Source of the DNA: Macrostomum lignano
Lineage: Eukaryota
Length of the DNA stretch: 64,000 nucleotides
Reading direction: 5' to 3'
NCBI GenBank assembly: GCA_002269645.1
Contig: NIVC01001393.1
Location: 62,001-126,000, forward strand
The notes beneath the pieces were generated by a model that worked only from the letters and a program-made list of their open reading frames with translations, had not been told where the DNA came from and made no database searches. The position numbers and the translations under genes are program-made. Every line of letters begins with the position of its first letter. Positions within the stretch are counted from its first letter, which is position 1. Positions 48,415 through 59,471 of this stretch are shown here, in pieces.

Positions 48415-49305
48415 CTTGGAGGCAAATTCTCAATCACTGTGGGAGCAGAGTGGCAGATTCTCAATCACTGAGGGAGCATAAAGGCAGATTATCAATCACT
48501 GACGGGAGCAGAAAGGCGGATTTTCAATCACTGACGGAGCAGAGAGGCAGATTCTCAATCATTTGGGGAGCAGAGAGGCAGATTCTCAAGCACTGAGGGA
48601 GCAGAGAGGCAGATTCTCAAGCACTGACGGAGCAGAGAGGCAGATTCTTAATCACTGAGGGAGCAAAAAAGCAGATTCTCAATCACTGAGGGAGCAGAAA
48701 GGCAGATTCTCAATCACTGAGGGAGCAGAAAGGCAGATTCTCAATCACTGAGGGAGCAGAGAGGCAGATTATCAATCACTGACGGAGCAGAGAGGCAGAT
48801 TCTCAAGCACTGACGGAGCAGAGAGGCAGATTCTCAAGCACTGACGGAGCAGAGAGGCAGATTCTCAATCACTGACGGAGCAGAGAGGCAGATTCTCAAG
48901 CACTGACGGAGCAGAGAGGCAGATTCTCAAGCACTGACGGAGCAGAGAGGCAGATTCTCAATCACTGAGGGAGCAGAGAGGCAGATTATCAATCACTGAC
49001 GGAGCAGAGAGGCAGATTCTCAAGCACTGACGGAGCAGAGAGGCAGATTCTCAAGCACTGACGGAGCAGAGAGGCAGATTCTCAAGCACTGACGGAGCAG
49101 AGAGGCAGATTCTCAATCACTGACGGAGCAGAGAGGCAGATTCTCAAGCACTGACGGGAGAGCGGAGAGGCAGATTATCAATCACTGACGGAGCAGAAAG
49201 GCAGATTCTCAATCACTGACGGAGCAGAGAGGCAGATTCTCAATCACTGACGGGAGAGCGGAGAGGCAGATTCTCAAGCACTGAGGGAGCGGAGAGGCAG
49301 ATTCG
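48415..49305. repeat. About 31-bp minisatellite (GAGCAGAGAGGCAGATTCTCAATCACTGAGG), related to the 33-bp array
   Basis: About 28 copies; shares GAGAGGCAGATTCTCAA. Confidence 0.95.
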
Positions 49306-49819
49306 CACATTCAGTGTGTGAGAGAGCAAGTTAAATATAATAATCTAGTCAAACAGATCCTTCAGAGTCTGACTTCTCTGTGTGATAAAAGCGCAGGAAA
49401 AAGCACAGTGTATTCGTTGCAGAAATATTTAGTATTCCAGTGCGCACTAAGCACGCCGTGTTATTCTGCAGCATCAAACGATTATCTGAAAATCGATCGC
49501 TCTATCAGTTCATTTTCGAGAGATCGCAGAGCGGATATTTACATTCGTTTCTGCAAATAAATGTGCAGTGTTAAATTTATGAACCAAACTAATTTTACTA
49601 CTTTGAGTAGAAATACGAGGATTTTGCTTGAGTTTTGTTAATTCAAAGTGAATTTTATTAATATTCATTGAAGTCTGATTGCTTAGCGATGAAATTCTCG
49701 CGATCCGCGTGAGTTCGAGTGCTGGCAGCGGATCGACTGTCGCATTGACTCTTTCTCGGCACCTTCATCTGGACGAAGAAGTCTGTTGGTTTGCTTGTTA
49801 CTTCTACGAGTATTGAATA

Positions 49820-50185
49820 AATTCTTCTCTCCTCTCATCTCTCTCATTTCTTCTCTCCTCTCATCTCTCTCATTTCTTCTCTCCTCTCATCTCTCTCATT
49901 TCTTCTCTTCTCTCCTCTCCTCTCATTTCTTCTCTTCTCTCCTCTCCTCTTCTCTCATCTCTCCACTCCTCTCCTCTAATCTCTAATCTCCTCTCTCCTC
50001 TTATCTCTCTTCTCTTATCTTTCATCTCATCTCTTCTCTACTCTAATCTCTCTTCTCTTATCTTTCTCATCTTTTCTCTCATCGCATCTCTCATCTAGCC
50101 TCTCGCCTCTCCTCTCTTCTACCATCTCTCATCTTTTCTTTCTTCTCTCTCCCCATTTCCCTCTCCTCTCCTCTCCTCCCTCATC
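49820..50185. repeat. CT-rich polypyrimidine low-complexity tract
   Basis: CTCCTCTCATCTCTCTC-type units. Confidence 0.9.
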
Positions 50186-50597
50186 TGGCCCGCAGCAATG
50201 CACTAGATTCTCTATCTGGCCCTTTAGGTAAAAAAAGTTGCCGAACCCTGCCCTACAGAAACCCATGACAGCCAATGGGAGACGGGATCTGCTCAACACT
50301 CTCCGTGCGGCTCATCAATTCTGAGCCAAGCGAAACTCGCTCCCAAAAGTACCGGGAAGGAGAGGAAAGAGGATTAATGTCGCGGGCAAGGAGAACAGCC
50401 CCATTCCATAGTTAATCCCGGGATTAGGATTGAAAAATGGAGAAGAGAAAGAGAAGCATAATAATGCGCCCAGCGCTCGGGCCGCGGTGATTCTGTCGCA
50501 GAAGGCAAATCTTAGCTGGGAAAAATAGCGGTCAAAAGATCCAAACAAAGGAGGATTTCTAATCGAAAAAGCGGAACATCAAAGAGCCACCAGTCTG

Positions 50598-50751
50598 ATG
50601 TGCGGGAAATTTTCAATGCTGCTGCTGCTGGCGCTACCTTCGCTGCTCATCTGGCCGGGCCTGGGCGCAGCGTCGCGGGCCAAAAATCTTGGCACCGCCG
50701 CGTCCGGCCGGGCCTCGGACACCGGACACTCCGGACTGTCCGGACCGGACG
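50598..50751 (+). CDS. nAChR alpha-type subunit exon 1 (signal peptide MCGKFSMLLLLALPSLLIWPGLGAA...)
   Basis: Hydrophobic leader; donor G|GTAACT at 50752 (phase 1) matches the next acceptor; alternative ATG at 50616. Confidence 0.75.
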
Positions 50752-50787
50752 GTAACTATCCAGCTTCTCGATAATGGCGAAGACTTG

Positions 50788-51074
50788 GCGAGGTTGTAGC
50801 TTGGTGGTTAGAACGTCTGACTCATGACTTAAAGGTCGGGGGTTCGATTCCCGACCCACCTCGGAAAAATTTGTGTCCTTGAGCAAGATACTTAACTCTG
50901 CATTGCTTCAGTTCACCCTGTAAAATGCTGTAAAATGGGTGCCAGCATTAGCTGGGGTAATTGAGGGTGTGTGTGGCGACCCCAGCCTTCAGATGCGCCG
51001 CGCAATGGCTGCGGCTGAGCTGTCGGTTGCACATCTGGCTATTGGGGCAGCTGTAATCAATTATTATTATTATT
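50788..51074 (+). mobile_element. tRNA-Met-derived CORE-like SINE, copy 2, with (ATT)n tail, inside nAChR intron 1
   Basis: A box TAGCTTGGTGG, B box GGTTCGATTCC, CORE-like GTGTCCTTGAGCAAGATACTTAAC...GTAAAATGGG, ends in ATTATTATTATTATT. Confidence 0.85.
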
Positions 51075-51135
51075 AGTTGGCAAAAGCTCAATACATTAAT
51101 GAGGAGAAAATTGCTCAAACCCGTCCCGGACACAG

Positions 51136-51314
51136 GTGTCACTCGGCTGACCGCTGAGTGCGCCGATCACTGCCAACGCAGGCGCTGCTCCAGTGAGCAG
51201 GCGGCCAAGGAGGCCCTGCTGTGCGGCTACGACCGAACCTCCAGGCCGGTGATCAAGGACAGCACGCAGATTCGCGTGCACATAGCTGTGGCGCTGTTCC
51301 ACATACTGGACACG
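51136..51314 (+). CDS. nAChR exon 2 (…EQAAKEALLCGYDRTSRPVIKDSTQIRVHIAVALFHILDT)
   Basis: Y...RPV...V.V motif of the Cys-loop receptor N-terminus; CAG acceptor at 51135, donor ACG|GTAGGC. Confidence 0.88.
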
Positions 51315-52462
51315 GTAGGCTGGGCACTGAATAAATCACAGTTGAAATGACACCAAAAACCCGAGCCATCTAGATTCTGAGAGGACCATTTTAAGCTGAA
51401 ATCCTGCGTTGATTCAAGTGCAATGTTTTCTGATGTTTCAAAGGTGTTTACGGCTGCCGAATATCTTTGAGTGTTACATAATCTGTCTGATTGCAGTAGA
51501 GCTTTGATTGGCTTTCATGTGCTTCTGAATAAAAAGAGGTTTTGAATGCTTTTTCTGTTTTTGCTTGTAGTGGTTACATTTAAATGGATCATCAGGTCTT
51601 CGGCCCATGGACCAGTTCAGGTAGTGCATGGACACCGACTGTGTACTTTGTAAGGAATGTTGTTGACAACGCTGAATTTCAAGGCTATCCAGACTCCAAG
51701 AGTATTTACCAGCTCGTCACATATAAGAAATCCCACGCTGTATGCCTTTCCTGTGACGTCACCTGAAATATATCCATATTTGACAGCCAGTATGCATCTC
51801 GCAACTGTACCAAATGTTGCCTGACCATCTGAGGCGTCTCTTGGTTGTTTGCGTACACTTTTACGAGTTAGTTGATCCAATTTGTTGAGACAAGAACTGA
51901 GTCCTGTCTTGTTTGCTCTAGCGTCAAGAGCTAACCTTTGAGTTAATACCTGTGCAGACTCTGTGCGAGTTGTTATTTTGCCCTCGATTGAACTCGCTGC
52001 GCTGTGGGTGTCCAGTAGTCTTCCTATTCTTCTCCTTCAAGTTGTACTCGGGGTTTGAGACAGGGGAAAGAAGTGGAGCAAAATATTATGCGTAAGCTTA
52101 GCTTAATATGTCGGATTTCCAACAATAAATTCCACGATCAACATGGCCGGGTCTTATTCTGGCTGAATAGTAACTGACAAGGGCATCAAGCACTTGCCTG
52201 CCAGCTTAGCCATGCCAATGGACAGGCCCTAAAAATGGTCTAGTAATTGCATGTAGCTCCTTCACATAGGGACATTTTCCTTAATCTCTTGGGACCTGTC
52301 TCGAAATGAGGACTTGGATTAATTTTCTCAGCTCAGCTCAGGGTCTGAGCGTAGAGAACTCCAACCCCCCCCCCGTAAGCAGCACAGGTACGCGACCTGG
52401 ACTTGAATGCTTAAGAATCCATGAGCATCTGAAAGTGACTGTTTTCGATAACTGCATTGCAG

Positions 52463-52507
52463 GACGAGAAGCACCAAACCTTTTCTGCTTTGATGTCAAT
52501 CCGGCTG
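52463..52507 (+). CDS. nAChR exon 3, 45 bp (DEKHQTFSALMSIRL)
   Basis: TTGCAG acceptor, CTG|GTGAGT donor; DEKxQ motif and the 45-bp exon length typical of nAChR genes. Confidence 0.9.
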
Positions 52508-52919
52508 GTGAGTGCTTCACGGTTTCCCTGGCCTTTTTTAGGCTGTGAATTCTTCTATAATCTGTCTGAGCATACTATGAAGCAAACTATTTAAGTCTAA
52601 CGTTTAATTTCGTTGAGTAGACTATGATGCAGCGTGTAGACGAGAGAAAAATGGCCTACTACTCATTGCTCATAGTCGCTCCAGTCGCATCCAGCGCTCC
52701 TGTCGCCTCACAGTCATAGTTCCATACAGACTAATTGCCTTCGCTTACAGGCGCAGTTCCGGCTCGCCATTAACTGACTGGCAGCTTCAAAAATAAGCAG
52801 ATGACAGAAAATGCTGACATTGCTTTCAGTTAGCAACTGCGGATCTATAGCTGTTATAACTGGGCGGACTGGGTTAGCGAGAGATAAACTGACATTGTCA
52901 CGGTCACGCTCAGATAGCT

Positions 52920-53176
52920 GGGAAACTGGGACACTGGGACACTGAGACACTGGGACACTGGAACACTGAGACACCGGGACACTGGGACACTGAGACACTG
53001 AGACACTGAGACACTGAAACACTGAAACACTGAGACACTGAGACACTGGGACACTGGGACACTGGGACACTGAGACACTGAGACACTGAGACACTGGGAC
53101 ACTGGGACACTGAGACACTGGGACACTGGGACACTGGGACTGGGACACTGGGACACTGAGACACTGAGACACTGGG
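52920..53176. repeat. 8-bp repeat (GRGACACT)n
   Basis: Direct periodicity. Confidence 0.95.
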
Positions 53177-53285
53177 AAAATTCTCCCCACTTGCGGTGCA
53201 TCTAATCTTGCTGCATTAGATCCGCTTTCTTTGTCGCTTTCCGTTCCCTTTTTGACACAAAGCTCCCTTCTAAAAAACCTTCAAG

Positions 53286-53395
53286 CGCTGGACAGACGAA
53301 TACCTGACCTGGGATCCGGAGGACTTCAACGGCACCACAAATTTGCATATCCCATCCAGTGCGATCTGGACTCCGGACATCGTTATCTCTAATAG
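53286..53395 (+). CDS. nAChR exon 4, 110 bp (RWTDEYLTWDPEDFNGTTNLHIPSSAIWTPDIVISNS)
   Basis: W.D..L.W.P and W.PD motifs; TTCAAG acceptor, AG|GTGAG donor. Confidence 0.93.
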
Positions 53396-53639
53396 GTGAG
53401 CCAAGCATTTTCATCAAATTGAATTTCTCTGATATTGCAGAGCAAAAAAGTTGCCGCAAACATTTCTTTGATGTCAATTTAATTGGCGTGCGCTCTGATA
53501 AGTACTATTCACCCCCACGTAATTGCACTTACCGGCTCCGATAGACTTCAGCTGGGCTATTAGTATAGAGCTAAAATGTTTCATGTTTTATTGCTTTCAC
53601 GGTCCAAATTGATGCCAATTTTAAAGTTGAAGAAATTGC

Positions 53640-53754
53640 ACGAAAATTGGTCGGGAGGTTGTTGGGCGATTCACCCATGTGAGTGCCAACCCCCCAGACA
53701 CAGAGAGTGTACATGCCTGACGATTGGAGAGTCAGGGCCGCTGTACACCCTGTG
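53640..53754 (+). repeat. Unclassified dispersed repeat, copy D
   Basis: CAGAGAGTGTACATGCCTGACGATTGGAGAGTCAGGGCCGCTGTACACCCTGTG. Confidence 0.8.
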
Positions 53755-55244
53755 TTCCTGCCGTACTTATCCACTGTCGCCTTGACAAGGACCTAGTGGT
53801 TCTAAGTGGTCATTCTGTTGGCTACAGATACTATTTGAAAAGCTATTTACATACTGGGACAGTGTCTGTCATATTTGGCCTCAAGGCACTTATTAAACTC
53901 CGTACAGTCCTCGGTGCCCCGGCAACTGACGCATCACACGAGTTGATAAGATCAGCTGGGGCGAGGCAGCCCTGCAGTCTCAGCAAATCAATATTCGAAT
54001 GTCAAGCTTCTCAAAAATTTCAGAGCAGCCGTCGGAATACGACTTTGATGTCATCCACAATCGATACGTCATCCATGTCTTTATATGATATGAACTGCGC
54101 ACTCTATAACTTGGCCATTGGATCGTTGCAAACCTCATTAGGGCCGAGTTATTCTTATAATTATGCCCTGCAGCCCTTCATCATATTTTGTACAGCATTC
54201 CGGTCAGGACGATGCCTGTCGTCCAACAAGACACATCTTGACTTAACTGGCACTAAACCTCAGAAAAAACTGAACAATAATTCTTTTTGAAGCACACAAA
54301 GCTGACTTTTAACACCAAATAATGGTCCGTACTAATGCATGGAGTTCTAAAAATAGCAGGAGCTGCTGAAGTTCACTGGATCCTTGACCTCACAGAAGTC
54401 TATAGACAAAAGCCAGTTCACCAACAGTTATGCGAGGCCTAAAGTTATATGGAACCTTGAAAGAGACACCAATGATCCTGGCAGCCTTCTGCACGGTCCA
54501 ATAAACTAAGATGGGAATCACTGGCAGATTCACATACAATGAAACAATACGTGAAAGAAATCAGCTCGTCTTGTGTCCCGATGCTATATTTAGATATCCA
54601 TGAAATTTCCTTGTGACATCCCTGGACTGGAAACGAGTCGGGAAAATTCCTATGCTTTGCTACAAAATGCAATGCCCGAAAATTCAATCGAAAATGCGTT
54701 TCAAGTGAATGCTGAGACCCAATTGCTGGGAGTCGCAGAGAACAATGACGACAGGATACAAAACTGCGGGTAGACAGAGCAGGTTTCAAAAAAGTACATA
54801 AAAGACTCGGATGAAAGCAGCTCAATAGAGACTCAGGCCCAGCTTCCTAAACAGGGTGAGTCTTTTACAATAAATACGGAAAACGCGACGCTTTGAGTCG
54901 GGTGCACATTGAGTAAGACGCGTTTCTTTTCAATGAAACAATTTTTTTCTTACTCAACCGTCCTCAACTTTTGTTTCTTTCATCTTGGTAGATAGCGTAG
55001 CTTTCTCAGCATCCGCAAAGCGATTGAATATTGGTGAAGCGTGAACTCCGCCACTTGATGAAAAGGGAATAGAAAAAAACCATTACTGCACTTTGTATTG
55101 CTGCTGATACAGCTATTTGAATCGGCTTGCCATGTCTCTGGGGGGGGGGGGTTGCGAGGAGAACATTTTCAGGTTTGAATTTTATCTGTAAGCACAGTTT
55201 TTTCGTGCTTCTGGGTTAGTCGGCAGACAGAAAACTCATTCCTT

Positions 55245-55825
55245 TGAATAAGCGCCACTGCCCCCAGCCCTTTGATTAAGCGCCACTGCCCCCAGCCCTT
55301 TGATTAAGCGCCACTGCCCCCAGCCCTTTGATTAAGCGCCACTGCCCCCAGCCCTTTGATTAAGCGCCACTGCCCCCAGCCCTTTGAATAAGCGCCACTG
55401 CCCCCAGCCCTTTGAATAAGCGCCACTTTCCTCAGTCCCTTAATTAAGCGCCGCTATCCCCAGTCCCTTGAATAAGCGCCACTTTCCTCAGTCTCTTAAT
55501 TAAGCGCCGCTATCCCCAGTCCCTTGATTAAGCGCCACTACCCCAGGTCCCTTGATTAAGCGCCGCTATCCCCAGTCCCTTGATCAAGCGCCACTTCTCT
55601 CAGTCCCTTGATTAAGCGCCACTACTCCAGTTCTTTGATTAACGCCAGTGCCCCCAGTTCTTTGATTGAGCGCCCCTACCCCCAGTCCTTTGATCAAGCG
55701 CCGCTGCCCCCAGTCCCTTGATTAAGCGCCACTTCCCTCGGTCCCTTGATTAAGCGCCGCGGCCCCCAGTCCTTTGATTAAGCGCCCCTATCCCTGCAGT
55801 CTTTTGATTAAGCGCCGCTGCCCCA
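55245..55825. repeat. 28-bp intronic minisatellite (GATTAAGCGCCACTGCCCCCAGCCCTTT)
   Basis: About 20 copies that diverge progressively. Confidence 0.93.
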
Positions 55826-56614
55826 GTTGTTTCCCTCTCGCCTACAAACTCACTGAGCATATTAAAAAGTTTCATAATATTAAATTAAAAAGTAAAATAA
55901 ATAATCTTACACTATAAACTCACTTCCCATGTACTTTTGAACTCCTGCAATTCTAACCATATCCAGTCAGTCAAAGAGAAAATCCAATACAATCTGAAAT
56001 CAGTCATTCAACTCGATTTACGCCAAACATATAGGCAAATTTTAATCCACTGAAACTCTCAAGTTCTCAAGTGCTCGGCCCAGGTGCAGTTTTCCCAGCA
56101 ACTGAGGCGGGCATGAGTCGCATGCAGGTGACGCTGCCGATAGGCCTCAGCTAAGCCCTACGAGCGTATTTACAGCCTTTAAAACTCCAATGCATCATCC
56201 GAAAGCTATGGTGTGGACAGACAATTTTTCTCCCGACCAACACAATGAACTGAAATTTCCATTATAAAGTCGGCTTGCCAGATATGACAAGAGAAAAGTC
56301 TGCTGCTCTGCGAGGCTCTAAAAATAGAGCATGAAAAGAAGCTGCAGAGCAGATGAAGAGAGTACAATGACTGAACGGGAAATAAGTACTTCATCTTTGT
56401 GTCCTCTCGCAATGAAATAACAATTTATGGGCAATAATAATAATCGCATCAGTATTTAATTTTAAATTAAAAGCACACAGGTTCTTATCCGTGTGCTGCC
56501 ATCTGCACACAGAGCTACCCAAACGCTTAAATTATCAATAAGAGTTCCCACGTGATGCAGTCTACAAAATTAGGTAATTTTTACTATTCTTTCCCACTGA
56601 TAATTTTATTTATG

Positions 56615-56790
56615 TAGCCAGATAACAGCCGAACCCCACCTCGAAGCTGATTGGCTGCCGAAGCCCCCAGTCTGGCTGCTGTAGCCAGATAACATCCGAA
56701 CCCCACCTCGAAGCTGATTGGCTGCCGAAGCCCAGTCTGGCTGCTGTAGCCAGATAACAGTCGAACCCCACCTCAAAGCTGATTGGTTGT
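56615..56790. repeat. About 65-bp tandem repeat, 2-3 copies (GTAGCCAGATAACAGCCGAACCCCACCTCGAAGCTGATTGG...)
   Basis: Direct repeats seen in the sequence. Confidence 0.88.
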
Positions 56791-56906
56791 TGAACTTACT
56801 GAAGCCAAATCCAACTTTAAATGTGTTTTTCCCTGACCAGACGTTCTAGATTTATCAGATAATTAATAATCCGTTTTCCATATGATTTTACTTCTCTTTA
56901 CTTTAG

Positions 56907-57150
56907 CGCCGACGAGAGCAGCAAAAAGTTCATGACGACAAATACAGTGGCCTGGTACAATGGCAGCGTGCTCTGGATGTTTCCGGCCGTGGTCAAGGTC
57001 ACGTGCACCCTGAATGTCCGCTATTTCCCATTCGACCGGCAGACTTGCATGATAACCTTCATCAGCTGGACTTATCACCTGTTTGAGGTGGATGTGTGGC
57101 ACGACGAATCAGTTGATGCAAATAAAAATTACTATAGGGAGAATAACCAG
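56907..57150 (+). CDS. nAChR exon 5 with Cys-loop (CTLNVRYFPFDRQTC) and loop B (SWTY)
   Basis: Canonical 15-residue Cys-loop; TTTAG acceptor (phase 2), CAG|GTGTGC donor. Confidence 0.95.
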
Positions 57151-57214
57151 GTGTGCCCTTGTATGCCTTTTGCATCGTATGCGACACGATTTGCATCGTT
57201 ATTTGTGTCATAGG

Positions 57215-57500
57215 TCAGTCTCAATTAACCGGAAGCAGGTCATCTTAATAAGCCGGAAGTAGGTTAGTCTCAATGAACCGGAAGTAGATTAGTCTCAATG
57301 AACCGGAAGTAGATTAGTCTCAATGAACCGAAAGTAGATTAGTCTCAATGAACCGGAAGTAGATTAGTCTCAATGAACCGGAAGTAGGTTAGTCTCAATG
57401 AACCGGAAGTAGGTCAGTCTCAATGAACAGGAAGCAGTTCATCTTAATAAGTCGGAAGTAGGTTAGTCTCAATGAACCGGAAGTAGATTAGTCTCAATGA
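57215..57500. repeat. 25-bp intronic minisatellite (GTCTCAATGAACCGGAAGTAGATTA)
   Basis: About 11 copies, most containing ACCGGAAGT. Confidence 0.93.
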
Positions 57501-57621
57501 TCATGAGCCTCATGGGTTCATGACCCGTAGATAGTTCAAGTTTCATGACCCCGGGTGTGGTTCAGCCTTTATGAAATATTTATAGTTCAGAAAATTGTAC
57601 TCCTCTTTATCTCCCCCGCAG

Positions 57622-57919
57622 GAGTGGAACGTCTCGGCCATAAAATTTTCTAGAACGGAGGGTGTCTACGCCTGCTGCAAGGAGCCGTGGCCGGACGTTA
57701 CCATAGTGATCGACATGACTCGACGCTCGTTGTTCTACGTATTTAACCTGATATTTCCCTGCCTGCTGATGTACGTGGCCAGCTTTCTTGGCTTCTTCCT
57801 GCCGATTGAAACGGGAGAAAAAGTCAACTTGGAGCTGACCATCCTGCTGGCTCTGGTGGTGTTCCTCCTCATCGTTGGGGACACACTGCCGCCAACGCCT
57901 GACGCCATTCCGCTTGTGG
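57622..57919 (+). CDS. nAChR exon 6: loop C vicinal cysteines (YACCKEPW), M1 and M2 (GEKVNLELTILLALVVFLLIVGDTLP)
   Basis: Vicinal CC defines an alpha-type subunit; GEK before M2 indicates a cation-channel-type linker; CCGCAG acceptor, G|GTGAGT donor; M3/M4 exons not found in the window. Confidence 0.95.
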
Positions 57920-58418
57920 GTGAGTGACAACAGACTGGGCACTCACCTGAGGGAGGATGAATTTCCCAGCCTCTCCGAGTGAGGGTGCTCACCTGAGAGA
58001 GGATGAAGATTCCCCAGCTTCTCCGAGTGACTGCATGGACACTCACCTGAGAGAGGATGAAGAGGTGCCCCAGCCTCTCCGAGTGACTGCATGGACACTC
58101 ACCTGAGGTAGGATGAAGAGGTGCCCCAGCCTCTCCGAGTGACTGCATGGACACTCACCTGAGGTAGGATGAAGAGGTGCCCCAGCCTCTCCGAGTGACT
58201 GCATAGACACTCACCTGAGGGAGGATGAAGAGGTGCCCCAGCCTCTCCGAGTGACTGCATAGACACTCACCTGAGGTAGGATGAAGAGGTGCCCCAGCCT
58301 CTCCGAGTGACTGCATAGACACTCACCTGAGGTAGGATGAAGAGGTGCCCCAGCCTCTCCGAGTGACTGCATAGACACTCACCTGAGGTAGGATGAAGAG
58401 GTGCCCCAGCCTCTCCGC
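57920..58418. repeat. 56-bp minisatellite starting at the nAChR donor site (GAGTGACTGCATGGACACTCACCTGAGGTAGGATGAAGAGGTGCCCCAGCCTCTCC)
   Basis: About 9 copies; the first unit overlaps the GTGAGT donor. Confidence 0.95.
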
Positions 58419-59064
58419 ACAAGCTCACTAAGCGGTTTGTGCGCATGCATCGCAGGCTATGAAAGTTCTACACTGGCGCACCGCCGTCCTCTATTGAACA
58501 AAGTGAACTGAAGTGCCCAATTCCGATTTCATGCAGAAAAATCCTGCTCCACCCTTTCAAACGCATACTTTTAAGCTTCTAGCAGCTGGTGATTTTCTCG
58601 ACCTGAGCAGATTTATTCACTCAACTCCCCGATCTTGTATGGCGGAGTGGGTGGATATAAAAAATTCAAAAGAATAGCTGAGTGAAGTACTTAAGTGTCC
58701 GAAGTTGAGTGTCCTAAGCTCACACACGCGGCCCATAGCAACAATCTGGCCTGGCCTTTGAGCTAGAGCTATAGCGGAGGCGCCAGAGCCCTTGAATTCA
58801 ACGCAAACTCACAGAGACCAATTTTTATGAGGCATAAAATCTTATTAAAGGTAAAACCAATTGAAGAAAGTTTACATTCTGATTTGCCCTACGTAGGTGT
58901 TGGTAAGTATGGACCCGATTTGTCTTCTAAGAGACAAAATAAAATGCCTCATGATTGCCAATTCATTTAGAAACCGCGGATTCAACTGATTAAATTTAAG
59001 CATTATTTTTTAATACCGGGTTGTACTCAACTTACGTCTGCGTTTAAAAAGTGGTGGGTTGCAA

Positions 59065-59236
59065 ATTGGGTGGGCGTCAATGGGGTGGGTGTCGATGGGG
59101 TGGGTGTCAATGGGTTGGGTGTCGATGGCGTGGCTGTTAATAGGGTGGGTGTCGATGGGGTGGGTGTCAATTGGGTGGGTCTATGGGGTGGAGTGTCAAT
59201 GGGGTTTGATGCTAATGGGGTGAGTGTTAATGGGGG
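59065..59236. repeat. 15-bp G-rich repeat (GGGGTGGGTGTCAAT) abutting the 5' LTR
   Basis: About 11 imperfect copies. Confidence 0.9.
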
Positions 59237-59401
59237 TATAGATATTTTGTTGTACTTTTATTTGCGGCTTGGTTTGCCATGATTTTACCATAGATTAATT
59301 TCCTTTTACAGTTCTTTCTCGCAGTTAAGTTTCTCGCCCCAATCCTTTCATCTTTTAACTCATAAAATATATTTTTCAAGTTTACTTGTAGTTTCACTAC
59401 A
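59237..59401 (+). repeat. 5' LTR (165 bp, TATAG...CTACA)
   Basis: Matches 63780-63945 except for one substitution (CCAATCC vs CCAAACC) and one T in a T-run. Confidence 0.95.
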
Positions 59402-59471
59402 AATTGGTCCGGTGAGGCGGATGAGATAAAGATATTACTCGCATACTCAGTACTCACAGAAGACAAATCCA

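Noticed and set aside
50790-50860. Functional tRNA-Met gene
   Set aside because: Anticodon and acceptor stems do not pair, and it continues into a CORE-like body and (ATT)n tail, so it is a SINE head
53724-54290. 188-aa ORF in nAChR intron 4
   Set aside because: Starts inside dispersed repeat copy D, has no recognisable domain; the opposite strand shows only stop-broken fragments
58440-59060. nAChR M3 exon before the LTR element
   Set aside because: The phase-1 acceptor at about 58455 reads YESSTLAHRR..., not a hydrophobic M3; the remaining exons are presumably beyond the window
59248-59260. Canonical TG start of the LTR at TGTTGTAC
   Set aside because: It leaves the shared 11-bp TATAGATATTT unexplained and removes the GGGG TSD
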